From: Chiloscyllium plagiosum
Lineage: Eukaryota
Direction of reading: 5' to 3'
DNA: 64,000 bases
NCBI RefSeq assembly: GCF_004010195.1
Contig: NC_057718.1
Location: forward strand, 21,185,612-21,249,611
Positions within the stretch are counted from its first letter, which is position 1. Each line of letters starts with the position of its first letter. Made by a program: the position numbers and the translations under genes. Positions 25,530-37,318 of this stretch are shown here, piece by piece. The notes below the pieces were generated by a model. That model saw only the letters and a program-made list of their open reading frames with translations, did no database searches and was not told where the DNA came from.

Positions 25530-26025
25530 TCAGTCTATAAGTTAGTTCATTGAGCTTGAAGGTTTGTTTTCAGACGTTTCGTCACCATACTAGGTAACAT
25601 CATCAGTAAATGCCTCCGGTGAAGCACAGGTGTTAATGTCCCACCTCTCTATTGAGCGGTTTTGGTTTCTTAAGGTCGGTGATGTCATTTCCGGTTCTTT
25701 TTTTACTTTTTCAAGGGAAGGTAGATAGGATCTAAATCTATGTATTTATGGATGGAGTTCTGGTTAGAATGTCATGCCTCTAGGAATTTCTCATGCATGT
25801 CTTTGTTTCACCTGTCCTAGGATGTTTGTGTTGTCAATAACTACATTGATTTAGATCCTATCTAAATAGAGAGGTGCAACATACCACCAGCGCTTCACCA
25901 GAGACTCTCACTGATGATGTTACGGAGTATGGTGGTGAAACATCAGAAAATAAACCTTTAAGCTCAATGAGCTAACTTACATACTTATCATCAACCTGAG
26001 CTACAAATCTTCTCAAAAATTGCTA
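25530..26025. mobile_element. PLE family B foldback mini-element
   Basis: Inverted arms (ttcattgagctt / aagctcaatgag) with tail aacctgagctacaaatcttctcaaaa; duplication attcttaga at 25521-25529 and 26026-26034. Confidence 0.82.
25569..25610 (-). ncRNA. Minimal hammerhead ribozyme motif (PLE family B), core intact
   Basis: Minus strand: ttta CTGATGA t gttacc tagtat ggtgac GAAA c GTC tgaa; stem II of 6 bp, GUC triplet. Confidence 0.75.
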
Positions 26026-27096
26026 ATTCTTAGACTGACTACTTCGCCAATGATTTTAAATTTGTTTCTCAAAGTATCCTTCATCTTGAATTCAACAAAA
26101 GCAAGCATTGATCATCTAACTTAAAAAGAATTCCCTTTAATATTTATTTGCAAACAATTAACCTTGATTTTACAAGCAAAAAATGTTATTCCCCATCCCA
26201 AATTTTGCCATTTACCTGTGTTTCAACAATTCGACACAGACAAGGAGACTTAGTGCTTTTATTTTAGTATTTAAAGCCAATGGACAGCACCAGTAGAATA
26301 AATACAATACTATAAACATTGTCACCTATTAAATGTGTGTCAGCAATCTGTTTCTGACAGATCCCTGCATGTATCACAGAGGTCAGAGTGTAATTGAACA
26401 CTTTGTCTTCCTAGGACACTGGACTGTTGATTGTATTCTCAGTAATCATGACTTATTGACCATTTGTGCTACAAATGTCACGTTCCATTCTAAAATATCA
26501 ACTGAAGAGTTTATCATGAATTGTTGATGAGAAAACTGCTTCAAAATTAACAGGCTGTTAACAAAAAGTATAAAATCCATAAAATCTGTTTATATGTTTT
26601 ACGTAGTCTCCTTTTGTATCACATGATTGAAATATGAAACTCTGGGCTGGATTTTGAAAAGAGGATTTTGCAAATAACTCAGGTTTAAGTAATCAATGGC
26701 ATGCCATATACATGTAAAACCTTCAACCAAAATAAAACTCTTCATATTAGTACACTAATAAGTGAAAACTAAACAATTCTGGCACTCCACTAATTAAATA
26801 GCATCCACGGTCTGGATAAATTAAAATATGTCATTGTGTTACATTTTGCGAAATTTATTTTGTGCATTTTATTTTAGAATCTGTTACTTCAATGTAGCGA
26901 CTCTTAAGGATTAGTCATGACTTTTCTTTCAAATTTACTGAAACATCACATCAACCCAGGGGTGCAATGCTCCTCGGAATACACATTCTAATATTATTCT
27001 AAACAATTATACTGAAATTTGACACTTTCCTTAATTTGTTTAAAAATAACTTGGCAAGTGTGCAATATCAATGAACATACATCTGATTTTACTCTA

Positions 27097-27229
27097 TTGG
27101 AGCACATTACCACAGATGCTGGAATCTGTACTGAACACAACAAATGCTGGAGATCACAGCAGGTCAGGCAGCATCCAAGGAGAGACAGCAAGTTAATGTT
27201 GGTCCAAGATGACTCTTTATCACAGCATC
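27097..27229 (-). mobile_element. PLE family A terminal fragment with 16-bp TSD
   Basis: cagatgctggaatc...cacagcaggtcaggcagcatcc; atctgattttactcta at 27081-27096 and atccgattttactcta at 27230-27245. Confidence 0.75.
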
Positions 27230-27637
27230 ATCCGATTTTACTCTACCTCATTTGACCAGACAATAACCAGAGGGCACAGACTTCAAGATTGGCAAAAAAA
27301 GCCAGGGAGAACATGATGTAAAACACCTTCTATTACACAAATATTTAGTAATTGGAATTTATGGCTTTGTGGTGGGGATGAGTACAGGTTCAATGGCAGC
27401 CTTCAAGAATGAATGGAATAAAAACTTGCATGGCAAATATAGGCAATAAACAAGGAATTATCTGGATCTCCAGAAGTTGGCACAGATCTGATTGACTGAA
27501 TGGTCAACTTCAATAGACACTATTCTGCATGCACAATACAATGAAACAAATGCAGAGTTATACTCCAATAATCTATTGCATTTATAATTGAAACTTACAT
27601 TCTCTTACAAATGATGCTACTGGTTGGGAAGGTCTTA

Positions 27638-27830
27638 CAGTTGGTTCTACCATAACGCATGATTCTCCAACACGAATTGGCTAAAACTCGATTGAAGAAT
27701 TTACACCATTATTTGCAAAATGTGAACGCAATCCCAGTCCCATTAGTTTAAATGGTGCTGCTTTACACAATTTTCTTATAACATGGAATCATACAGCAAC
27801 AGAGCGATTGTGTTCTATCAGAACCAACTA
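27638..27830. mobile_element. pogo/Tigger-like MITE
   Basis: ta|cagttggttctaccataac...gttctatcagaaccaacta TIRs; same family as 17377-17591. Confidence 0.6.
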
Positions 27831-28594
27831 CATTGTGGTATGACATTATAAATGCCAACACAAATTTAGAACGATTAACATTAAAAATGTGCACTGATGA
27901 AATATATTAATAGCCAACAGTCACTTTACACCATTTATAGAAGTTGGACAACACAAGATATCTCCTATTTATCTCAACTGTTCCTGAAGTTTCTCTCCCT
28001 CCAGTCTTTGCTATGCATTCTCTCTCTCTCTCTCTTTCTCTTTCACTATTCTTACCCGATTCCTTGTATGGCCTCCACTGTTTACTTCTCTTCTAGGTGT
28101 TTTTTTTTCCATTCAGGTGAGGGATGGTACATAATTTAAAGCAAGGGAGCTAATAAAAGGCAGTTGGTGGACCTAGTCTCGCATTTTCTCATTGCTCTCA
28201 TGCTAGATTTTCTTCTGAAGGCTTCAAGTATATAATTAGCTCATATTTTTCCTTTCACACATTCATATGAACAAACACAAAAGCCTGTTTTAAACAAGAT
28301 GTACATAAAATCTGTTGGTTAAGCTTTCAACATTTTATAAAGGCTTTAACAGATAACAGATGGACAGATGGGAGCAAAACTGCATAAAGATCAAAAGAAA
28401 AAATTCTTAAGATAACAGACTGCAAGATACTGATGCATTCACTGAATTAGATGCACTGCATATGCTCATACTGTATATGCTAAACTCATCATTGTCAGAG
28501 ACAAAAAGGTATTTAGGAAAAGACAAAGACTTCTTGGAAAATCTGTAATAAAGACTTTTATTTATTCATGGCAAGTCTGTAATAAAGATTTTTA

Positions 28595-30030
28595 TTTATT
28601 CATGGCATGTGGGTATCATGAGCTACATCAGCATTTATTGCCCTGGAGAAGGTGGTGATAAGCTGCCTTCTTTTACCATTGCAGTTTTGAATGATTGATT
28701 TATTGCTGTCACATGTACTGAGATACAGTGAAAAGTGTTGTTTTGCATGCTATGCAGGAAGATCGTATCATACAAAATGTATCAGGGTAGCAAAACAGAG
28801 TGCTGAATACACTGCAACAGCAGCCACAGAGAAGAAGAAGAAAAATAAGTCAAATTAATACTTGAGGGGTCTGTTAAAAAGTCTGATAACTGCAGGGAAA
28901 AAGTTGTTTTTGAATCTATTTGTAAATGCATTTGAACTTTTACATCTCTGCCCTACTGGTGAAAGGGACTAGAACTCGAGTGGGAGGTGTCCTTGATCAT
29001 GTTGATTGCTTTCCAGAGACAGTGGGAAACGGAGATGAATTCAATGGATGCTTTGTATGCTGGATTGGACTATGTTCATGATTCTCTGTAGCTTCTGGTG
29101 GTCTTGGGAACAGCAGTTGCAATATCAGTGTCATGCATTCCGATAGGATGCTTCCTATAGTGCATCTATAAAATTAGTAAGAATCCTTGTGGAATTTTCT
29201 CAGTCTCCTGAAGACATAGAGATGCTGCTGTGCTTCCTGGACAATTGCCATGACACGGGAGGACCAGAACAGATTGTTGGTAATCACCACTCCCAGCAAC
29301 TTGACTATCTCCACCATTGATGCAGTAAGGGATGTGCCCTCCACTCCACTTTCTGAAGTAATGGTCAGTTTCTGGGGTGCAAAGACATTTAAGTGCTGTT
29401 TGAGAGGGAGGATTTTGTCCCAGCAACCAGTGAAGGAACTGTGATACAGATCCAACAGGATAATATGCTACTTGGAGAATGTATAAGTGATGGTGATCCT
29501 ATCCATCTGTTGCCTTTGTCCTTCTAGATGATAGAGGTCACAGGCTTGGAAGGTGCAGTCACAAGAGCCTTGGAGAGTTACTGCAGTGCATGTTGGAGAT
29601 AACACACACGTTACCACTGTACGCCAATGGTGAAGGGAGTGAGAATCTTCAGAGTGGTGGATACAGTGCCAATCAGGAAGACTGCTTTGTCCTGAATACT
29701 GTAGTACTTTAATCAATCAGTCTTGTTGAAGCTGCACTCACCCAGGAAAGTGAAGAGTATTGCATCACATTTTTGGTTTGTGCCTTGGAGATAATGAACA
29801 GTCATTGGAAAATAGGAGGTGAATTACTTGCTGCCAAATTCTGAGCTCCCAAGTGCTCTTGCAGCCATAGTATTTATTCGGTTAGTCACGTTCAGTTTCT
29901 GGTCAATGGTTGTACCCAGAATGTTGACAGTAGGGATTCAGCGATGGTAATTCCACAAAACTTCAAGGGGCAAAGACACGATTCTCTTGTTAGGACAGTC
30001 ATTGCCTGCCACATTGTGGCAGAACTGTTA
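28595..30030 (-). mobile_element. Old L2/CR1-like LINE 3' region, interrupted by a second LINE
   Basis: 3' end tttattcatggcatgtggg...gagaaggtggtgataagctgccttctt; homology to 13325-13990 resumes at about 29470. Confidence 0.6.
28690..29430 (-). mobile_element. Rex/Babar-like LINE 3' fragment
   Basis: Peptide KLLGVVITNNLFWSS...AQQHLYVFRRLRKF is a typical post-RT motif of this group. Confidence 0.6.
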
Positions 30031-30964
30031 TATGCGATTTTTGAGAAGATTTGTAGCTCAGTTTGATGGTCAGACTGCAGGTTTGCTCACTGAGCTGTAA
30101 GATTTGTATTCAGATTTGTACGGAGTACAAATGCTACTAGGTAGCACAATCAGTGAGCCTCCACTGAAGCGCTGGTTTCTGTCCCACTTTCTATTTGAGT
30201 GTTTTGGTCAGTTAACGCAAGTGATATCACTTTCAATTCTTTTTCTCAGAGGTTGGTAAATGGAGTCCAAATCGATATGTTTATTGATGGAGTTCCGGTT
30301 TGAATGCCAGGTCTCTAGGAATTCCCATACATGTCTCTGTTTAGCCTGTCCTAGGATGGATGTGTTGTCCCAGTCGAAGTGGTGTCCTTCTTTGTCTGTG
30401 TGTAAGGATACTGGTGATAGCTGTTCAGGTCTTTTGGCGGCTAGTTGGTGTTCATGTATCCTGGTGGCTAGTTTCCTGCCCGTCTGTCCGATAAAGTGTT
30501 TGTTGCGGTCCTTGAAGGTATTTTGTATATGACATTCATTTTGCTGGTTATTGGTACAAGGTCCTTTAGGTTGACCAGTATCTGTTTCAGGTTTGTGGGC
30601 TACCTTGATGCCAAGGGGTTGTAGTAGTCTAGTAGTCATCTCGGAGATATCTTTGATGTATGATAGTGAGGCTGGAGTGTCTGGGCGCATTGTGTCTTCT
30701 TGTTCGGGTTTGTTGTTTAAGAATCGGTGGACTGTGTTCTTCGGGTACCCGTTGGGCTTGAGTACGCTGTTAGGTATTTTTCTTCTGCTGCTCGTGGCTC
30801 CTGGGTACTGCAGTGTGTTGTGGCCCGTTTAAATAATACCCTGATGCAGCTCCCTTTGTGGGTGTTATGATAGTTGTTCCTGTAGTTGAGTGTCTGGTCC
30901 GTGTGTTGCTTTCCTGTAGATGCTGGTCTGCAGTTCTCCATTGACTGTTCATTCCACTGTGATG

Positions 30965-31315
30965 AGAAAATGACGTCTGCAGATGCTGGAGATCAGAGAT
31001 GGAAATGTGTTGCTGGAGAAGCGCAGCAGGTCAGGCAGCATCTAGGGAACAGGAGAATCGACGTTTCGGGCATTAGCCCTTCTTCAGGAATGAGGAAAGT
31101 TTGTCCAGCAGGCTAAGATAAAAGATAGGGAGGAGGGACTTGGGGGAGGGGTGTCGGAAATGTGATAGGTGGAAAAAGGTCAAGGTGAGGGTGATAGGAC
31201 AGATTGGGGTGGGGGCGGAGAGGTCGGGAAGAAGATTGCAGGTTAGGGAGGCGGTGCTGAATTTGATGGATTTGACAGACAGGCTGGGGGGAGGGGAAAT
31301 GAGGAAACTGGTGAA
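30965..31315 (-). mobile_element. PLE family A 3' fragment nested in the family B RT
   Basis: Family A terminus plus pyrimidine-rich 3' UTR; 14-bp duplication attccactgtgatg at 30951-30964 and 31316-31329. Confidence 0.88.
31056..31091 (-). ncRNA. Minimal hammerhead ribozyme motif (PLE family A), core intact
   Basis: Minus strand: attc CTGAAGA a gggc taat gccc GAAA c GTC gatt. Confidence 0.72.
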
Positions 31316-31517
31316 ATTCCACTGTGATGTCTAGGAAGGGGAGTAAGTTGTTGTTCTCTGCATCTTTGGTGAAATTTATACTAGTAAGGATGTTGTTGAT
31401 GATACTGTAGGTTTCCTTTAATTTGTTCCATTTTGCGATGCCACAGATTTCATCCACATAGCGGATCCAAAGCTTGGGCTTGATCATGGGGAGGGCTGTT
31501 CATTCTCGTCTCTGCAT

Positions 31518-32018
31518 CATTGGAGCATGTCCAGTGGAGATTCACACAGATGATCCTTGGGATGATAGGCCTAACTTATGATGAACGGCCGAGGATCCTG
31601 GGATTGTATTCATTAGCGTTTAAAAGGTTGAGGGGAGATCTAATAGAAACTTACTGGATAATGCATGGTTTCAAAAGAGTGGACACTGGGAAGTTGTTTC
31701 TGTTAGGCAGGGAGACCAGGACCCATGGGCGCAGCCTTAGAATTAGAGGGGGTCAATTTAGAACGGAAATGAGGAGACATTTCTTCAGCCAGAGAGAGTG
31801 GTGGGCCTGTGGAATTCGTTGCCACGGAGGCAGTGGAGGCTGGGACTTTAAATGTCTTCATGGCAGAGATTGATAAATTCTTGATCTCGCAAGGAATTAA
31901 AGGCAATGGGGAGAGTGTTGGTAAGTGGAGTTGAAATGCCCATCAGCCATGATCAAATGGCAGAGTGGAACTCGATGAGCCAAATGGCCCTACTTCCACT
32001 CCTATGTCTTATGGTCTT
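31518..32018 (+). mobile_element. CR1 3' end
   Basis: Peptide VQWRFTQMI...LGLYSL..KRLRGDLIETY...TRTHG; tail tgtcttatggtctta. Confidence 0.88.
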
Positions 32019-32222
32019 AAATGCCCCTTAAAGTTGGTGAGTCTACTACCTTTGCAGGCAGTGTGTTCCACACCCCTACTACTCAGAGTAAAGAAACTAC
32101 CTCTGACATCTGTCCATTACCTATCACCCTTCAATTTAAAGCTATGTCCCCTTGTGCAAGCCATCGCCAGCCGAGGAAAAAGGCTCTCACTGTCCAACCT
32201 ATCTAACCCTCTGATTATCTTA
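32019..32222 (-). mobile_element. CR1 ORF2 C-terminal fragment in opposite orientation
   Basis: Reverse complement resembles 21770-21975. Confidence 0.7.
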
Positions 32223-32229
32223 GAGGGTT

Positions 32230-33545
32230 GCTGCTGCAGATATGTTTTTAACATCTAACAAAACAAAGTGATCTATTGAAGCAGATGTCAGAATGGCATA
32301 TGACTTGTCTCATAATAGCATGAGCTGGGATCATAACGACTGGGGGCTTTGGGTGGATTTGAACTTACTGAATTTGAGAGAGACGGGTGTCTTTCCTTTT
32401 AAAAGAAAAGGGCAAGCATTGGTTCTGGACATTAAAAGCTATATTGTAATGATCTTTATTGAATAGAACTTAAAGATGGCTCTGAACGTTGCCAAGAGAT
32501 TTCTGGAATCAGGAAATAAAAGAATGGATCATTTGAAACCTGCCTAAAGTTAAACAGAGTTAGCAGATAAACTGAATGTAGAAGTAAAAGTTTAAAAGTA
32601 TAAAAACAAAATGATTCAAATGATTATCCAGCATTTAGATGTGGAAGAGTAAATATCTGAAATTGTGATGTCACAGCTGGAATTAGCCAAGGTTTTGTTA
32701 GAAATCAAAAAAAACATGCTTAGGAGAGAAATGGAGACTAAGGAATAGTGAGGATAAAGAAAAACAGAGCAATGGAAAGAGATAGAGGGTTAACAAAACC
32801 TGAAATGGAAAGAAACGATAAACAGAGGATGATTTAAAAATATGTAATTTAAAAGTCCGATGAAACAGGGAGAGAATTTGGAAATTCTGTTTTAAATATG
32901 ATTTTTAAAAATTTAACAAGAAAGGATGAATGAAAGAGAATGAGGCTGACATGTTTGCCCATCTTCTTTAATAAAGATGCAACAAGTATTTTGAAATTAA
33001 TTGAATTATACCAAACAGCTTACTAAGAGACAAAATCTGAAACAATAATGTTATTACTTGAAAGACAAGGTATTAATGATGAAATGGAGACCACTTTTTT
33101 GCAATTTGGCATTACAGCTGCTCCTAAATGAGTAATTTAGTCTTAATATAGACATGAGGTAAGAGCACCATTGATAAAGCAAAACTCAGAGACTATGTTT
33201 CCAAATTACATTTTGAATTTCAGAGAAAATTTGAACAATGACAGAGTTGGCTAAAAATCATTTGAAAGTTGCAATAAAGGACTGCTGTTGGGATTAATGG
33301 AGTTGTAATTTACAGTGTGTTTTGAAATGTTTGAATGTGTGTTTATATGCAAATAGTTTGGTTAGTCTGCCTTCATTTCTTCTGCATAAAAAACTTCAGT
33401 TTTATTGTTAAAACTAAATCTGCAGCATTACATGCTTGTACTGCAGTGAAAGACCAACAATGTAAAACAAAAAGGTATGATCTCACAAGCAAGATTTCAG
33501 TCTGGGATCTGACTTAGCCAGAAAAAAACAACATCTGAGGACTTC
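32230..33545 (+). mobile_element. Degraded Gypsy-type LTR retroelement remnant
   Basis: LTR-end-like tcataac followed by tgggggctttgggtggatttgaac (32341-32364), resembling a tRNA-Pro primer-binding site; decayed gag-like start atggctctgaac at 32476 and an E/K-rich tract. Confidence 0.4.
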
Positions 33546-33949
33546 TTCAAAACAGATACTGTTGCAACCAGGTGAGGTGCGCGAATCACCATCTCCTCAC
33601 TATTTTCTTACTGCTTGGTCAGTTGCAACAAATTTTTAAAAATTCTTTTCAGCATGCAAGTATATGACACTTCAGCTCCAACACATTACTGGTCAAAATC
33701 TATATGCCAATTACGATTTTGTTTTGAGTGAAAGGAAGAGGAATTTCATTACTTAACAACCCCAAGAAAAATAAAATGTGACAAAGTACACACATAGAAG
33801 CACAGGTACAAAGTTCAAAAAGGAAAATTTGTTTGGTAGAAAAGAAAAGGTCAAGAATGTGAAGTTTAAAATATGTAATTAGAGTTAAAATATGTAATTA
33901 GAGGTATTATATTTTGAATCTGAGACCGCAATTATTTAATTAATGTCTA

Positions 33950-34320
33950 ATGGAGTCATACAACACAGAAACAGTCCAACCAGACCAAGCCAAACAGAAA
34001 AGCACTTTTAAAGCAACACATTTTTAAGCTCTGATCTCCAGCATCTGCAGTCCTCACTTTCTCCAAGCCAAACAGAATCCAAAACTAGTCATACCTGCCT
34101 GTTCCTGACTGATATCCCTCCAAATCTTTCTGATTCATGTACTTATTCTACTTACTATCTATCACTCCATCAGGAAGTTCACTCCACACACGAAGCACCC
34201 GGTGTGTAAAAGATTTGCCCTCATGTCATTTTAAAAAATCTTTCTCCTCTCACCCCTAGTCTTGAAATCCCCCAGCCTAGGGAAAATACACCTACCATTA
34301 ACCTTATCTGTACCGCTCAG
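33950..34320 (-). mobile_element. CR1 3' end carrying a PLE-tail insertion (34000-34062)
   Basis: CR1 3' UTR complement; PLE tail ctctgatctccagcatctgcagtcctcactttct flanked by ccaagccaaacagaa at 33985-33999 and 34063-34077. Confidence 0.7.
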
Positions 34321-35648
34321 GAGTCTTGTATCCTCAAATCTGTAAATATGCTCAAGCTCTTGTTGAATGAATGTTTCTCCAATTTGCATAATCTCCAGGC
34401 ACTGTTTCAGGTTGTCTCTGTCATTCTCACATAGCTTTCATGATCTGGACTCAAGCTGGTCAGGTGACCACTTTGGCCATCTTTAGTCAATGTTTTCTCT
34501 TTTTTTTTAAAAGAAAGAGAAAGTTTTAGTCCCAGCAAGCCTCAGGTAATAGATTTAGATAATGAAAGTTCAAAACTTATAGTTCATATTTTCTGACTTA
34601 TTAGCAACATGAATATTTGCCTCCGTTGAACTTGAATTTTATTGCTACTACAACCACTCACTCAGCCAAGTGCATCATATTTTTAATCTCTCCCCATGAT
34701 TGTATAAAAGACATATCCTAATTGGAGTCAAAAGTATCGAGTTGATTAATTCAAGTCAGCAGTCAACAATATATCAATTCAGTGGTATCTGAATTGTATT
34801 TACCAGGTTTATTGCGGTTATGTGGACCTCTTGATTATCCGGAAAATTTCATCAGATGGGTCATCCTCGGTCCCATAAGTACAGGTTTGCTTTATCAGTT
34901 TTCATTAGCTTATAAATGAGATTGGTTTTATTGCTATATTCATGCTTGCAACTTTTAGGGCAGGCTATTCTCTTGATCCCCCTGAAGAATACTGGAAAGG
35001 TCCAATAAGTTGGCACAAATAAGAAATTGTTATTACAATTATGACTCATGTAATACAAGTAATGGGCCATCATCTTCTAATACATTCTCATACATTTAGT
35101 AAAGAGAGAGATAAATAATGCAAATGGATTATAATGCTTAATTTCATTAAAATGTTTCCAATCAGATTAAAGAGCTTAAACTATTAAATACTTTATTGTC
35201 ATGCCTGTTAATAGGGTATAGTATAATCATTTTTCAGAGGGTAGCTTTCTAGAATTTTCCGAGGGCTATTTTTCAATTTTAGCAGCTACCTTTTAATACT
35301 CATAAACACCTTTAAAAGGTGATGCAGTTTGTTACAATGCATGAATAATTGGACTCTCACAGAAAGACAATTACAAGAATTTATTGAAAGTCTCATTTAG
35401 CATCAACTACCCACTAAATTCAAAGCCATAAAGCAGAAGGACAGCATGAATTTCCTAGACACCGTATTTAATTTGGCATCAAGACAACAAGCATACGTTA
35501 GTTCTTTTTCCCTCAAAATAACTGCCACGCTGAAACACCATTACATTAAACACACCTTCTAGATTGATGAACTCACAGTTAATATGTTTTCATCATATAT
35601 TTACAAGCCTAGAACATTTTAACAAATAGACTGAACAAAAATTTTAAC

Positions 35649-35799
35649 AAAAATATTGAATGCTGGTTAATGAACATTGTTTAACAATTTAATATTCGTG
35701 AAATTTAGTATACGTTCTAGCAGCTCAGATATCAGAGATTTAAATTTCACAAATATTAAATTGTTAAACGGTGTTCATTAAACAGCATTCAATATTTTT
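35649..35799. repeat. AT-rich inverted repeat: 59-bp arms, 33-nt spacer
   Basis: 35649-35707 versus the reverse complement of 35741-35799: 55/59 identical. Confidence 0.9.
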
Positions 35800-36299
35800 C
35801 CCCATACAGTAATTCCCTATTTTCCCATCCAGCCTGAATCTAAGATTCCAAAATCCTCTGCAAGTGATTCATTACTTCAGTGTGTTTAAATTTTCCTAGT
35901 TCAGAGATAGCTGAGCATTTCTTTGTGGACAGTTTGAAACCACGTTCTCTTGTAGCCTCTATTTCTTTCCTTATTTGTAGTCTTCCTCCCCACTTTCTTT
36001 CTCCCCCTTGACAAAAAAAACTTTCCCTTGTAGCCAGTCCAATTCTCCTCAGCCTCCTTGCAGCACCTTCTGCTTGCCACCACCACCACCACCATCCACC
36101 CATGCTGTAGTCGCACAGCACCTGCCAAACCGCACATATTCCCTACCAGATTTGCAGCCTCCCTGTTTCATCCCCAGGCCTTGCGGTCCTCCTAGTTATT
36201 CTGATGAGCAACAAGCATGGGAAAGAACTAGCCTGCAATTAAGATTGCAGTGCCGGGCTATTTTCTTCCATTCTTTTTGTGAGGGTAACTAACTTTTCT

Positions 36300-36968
36300 T
36301 AGCTCCTTGAAAGTGGAGTCACAGGTAGATAGGATAGTGAAGAAGGCGTTTGGTATGCTTTCCTTTATTGGTCAGAGTATTGAGTACAGGAGTTGGGAGG
36401 TCATGTTGCGGCTGTACAGGATATTGGTTAGGCCAATGTTGGAATATTGCGTGCAATTCTGGTCTACTTCCTATCGGAAAGATGTTATGAAACTTGAAAG
36501 GGTTCAGAAAAGATTTAAAAGGATGTTCCCAGGGGGAACAGGCTAGGGCTGTTTTATTTGGAGCGTTGGAGGCTGAGGGGTGACCTTATAGAGGTTTACT
36601 GAGGGGCATGGATAGGGTAAATGGGCAAAGTCTTTTTCTTGGGGTGGGATAGTCCAGAACTAGAGGGCATAGGTTTAGGGTGAGAGGGGAAAGATATAAA
36701 AGAGACCTAAGGGGCAACTTTTTCACGCAGAGGGTGGTATGTGTATGGAATGAGCTGGCATAGGAATGGTGGAGGGTGGTTCAATTGCAACATTTAAGAG
36801 GCATTTGGATGGGTATATGAATAGGAAGGGTTTGGAGGGATATAGGCCAGGTGGTGGCAGATGGGACTAGATTGGGTTGGAATATCTGGTCGGCATGGAC
36901 AGGTTGGATCAAAGGGTCTGTTTCGATGCTGTACAACTCTATGACTTGATGATTCTATGATTCTATGA
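36300..36968 (+). mobile_element. Young CR1 (HER1-like) 3' end
   Basis: Peptide LKVESQVDRIVKKAFGML...LYRILVRPMLEYCVQFWS; (attctatg)n-like tail. Confidence 0.92.
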
Positions 36969-37030
36969 ATGAATCTTCCCATTAGATTTGGAAACGTTCT
37001 GATTAGGATTAGGATTCAGATTAGGATTAG

Positions 37031-37318
37031 GATGGCACAGTAGCTCAGTGATAGACACTTCTGTCTCACAGCACTTTGTATTTGATTCCATCCACAGGTG
37101 ACAGTCAATGTGGAATTTTCACATTTTCTCCAGGATTGTGTGGATTTCCCCCAGGTGATCTGGTTTGCAGACTAGGTGGATTGGCCATGCTAAATTGCCA
37201 ATAGTGTCCAGAGATGTGCAGGCGAGGTGGATTAGCCATGGGAAGAGGCTTACAGGGAAGAGTAGGGGGCTAGGACTGAGTGGGATGCCTACTTCCACAC
37301 TGTTGGGAATCTATGATT
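37031..37318 (+). mobile_element. Degraded HE1-like V-SINE
   Basis: ggcacagtagctcagtg head, decayed V-domain, ttggccatgctaaattgcc. Confidence 0.7.

Larger units (their letters stand above)
30033..31517 (-). mobile_element. Penelope-like element family B (Poseidon-like): RT C-terminus, GIY-YIG endonuclease and terminus; pseudogenised
   Basis: Minus strand PKLWIRYVDE...LLPFLDITVE / TVNGELQTSIYRKATHTDQ.LNY, then FIGQTGRKLATRIHEH...NSINKHIDLD; the terminus tttgagaagatttgtagctca is shared with the family B foldbacks. Confidence 0.9.

Noticed and set aside
35840..36121. ORF containing RIGLATRES, reminiscent of QIGLTRES in the first PRKD3 coding exon
   Set aside because: The flanking residues show no PKD similarity, there is no CSIVxQK end or matching donor site, and the poly-W comes from a (CCA)n tract.
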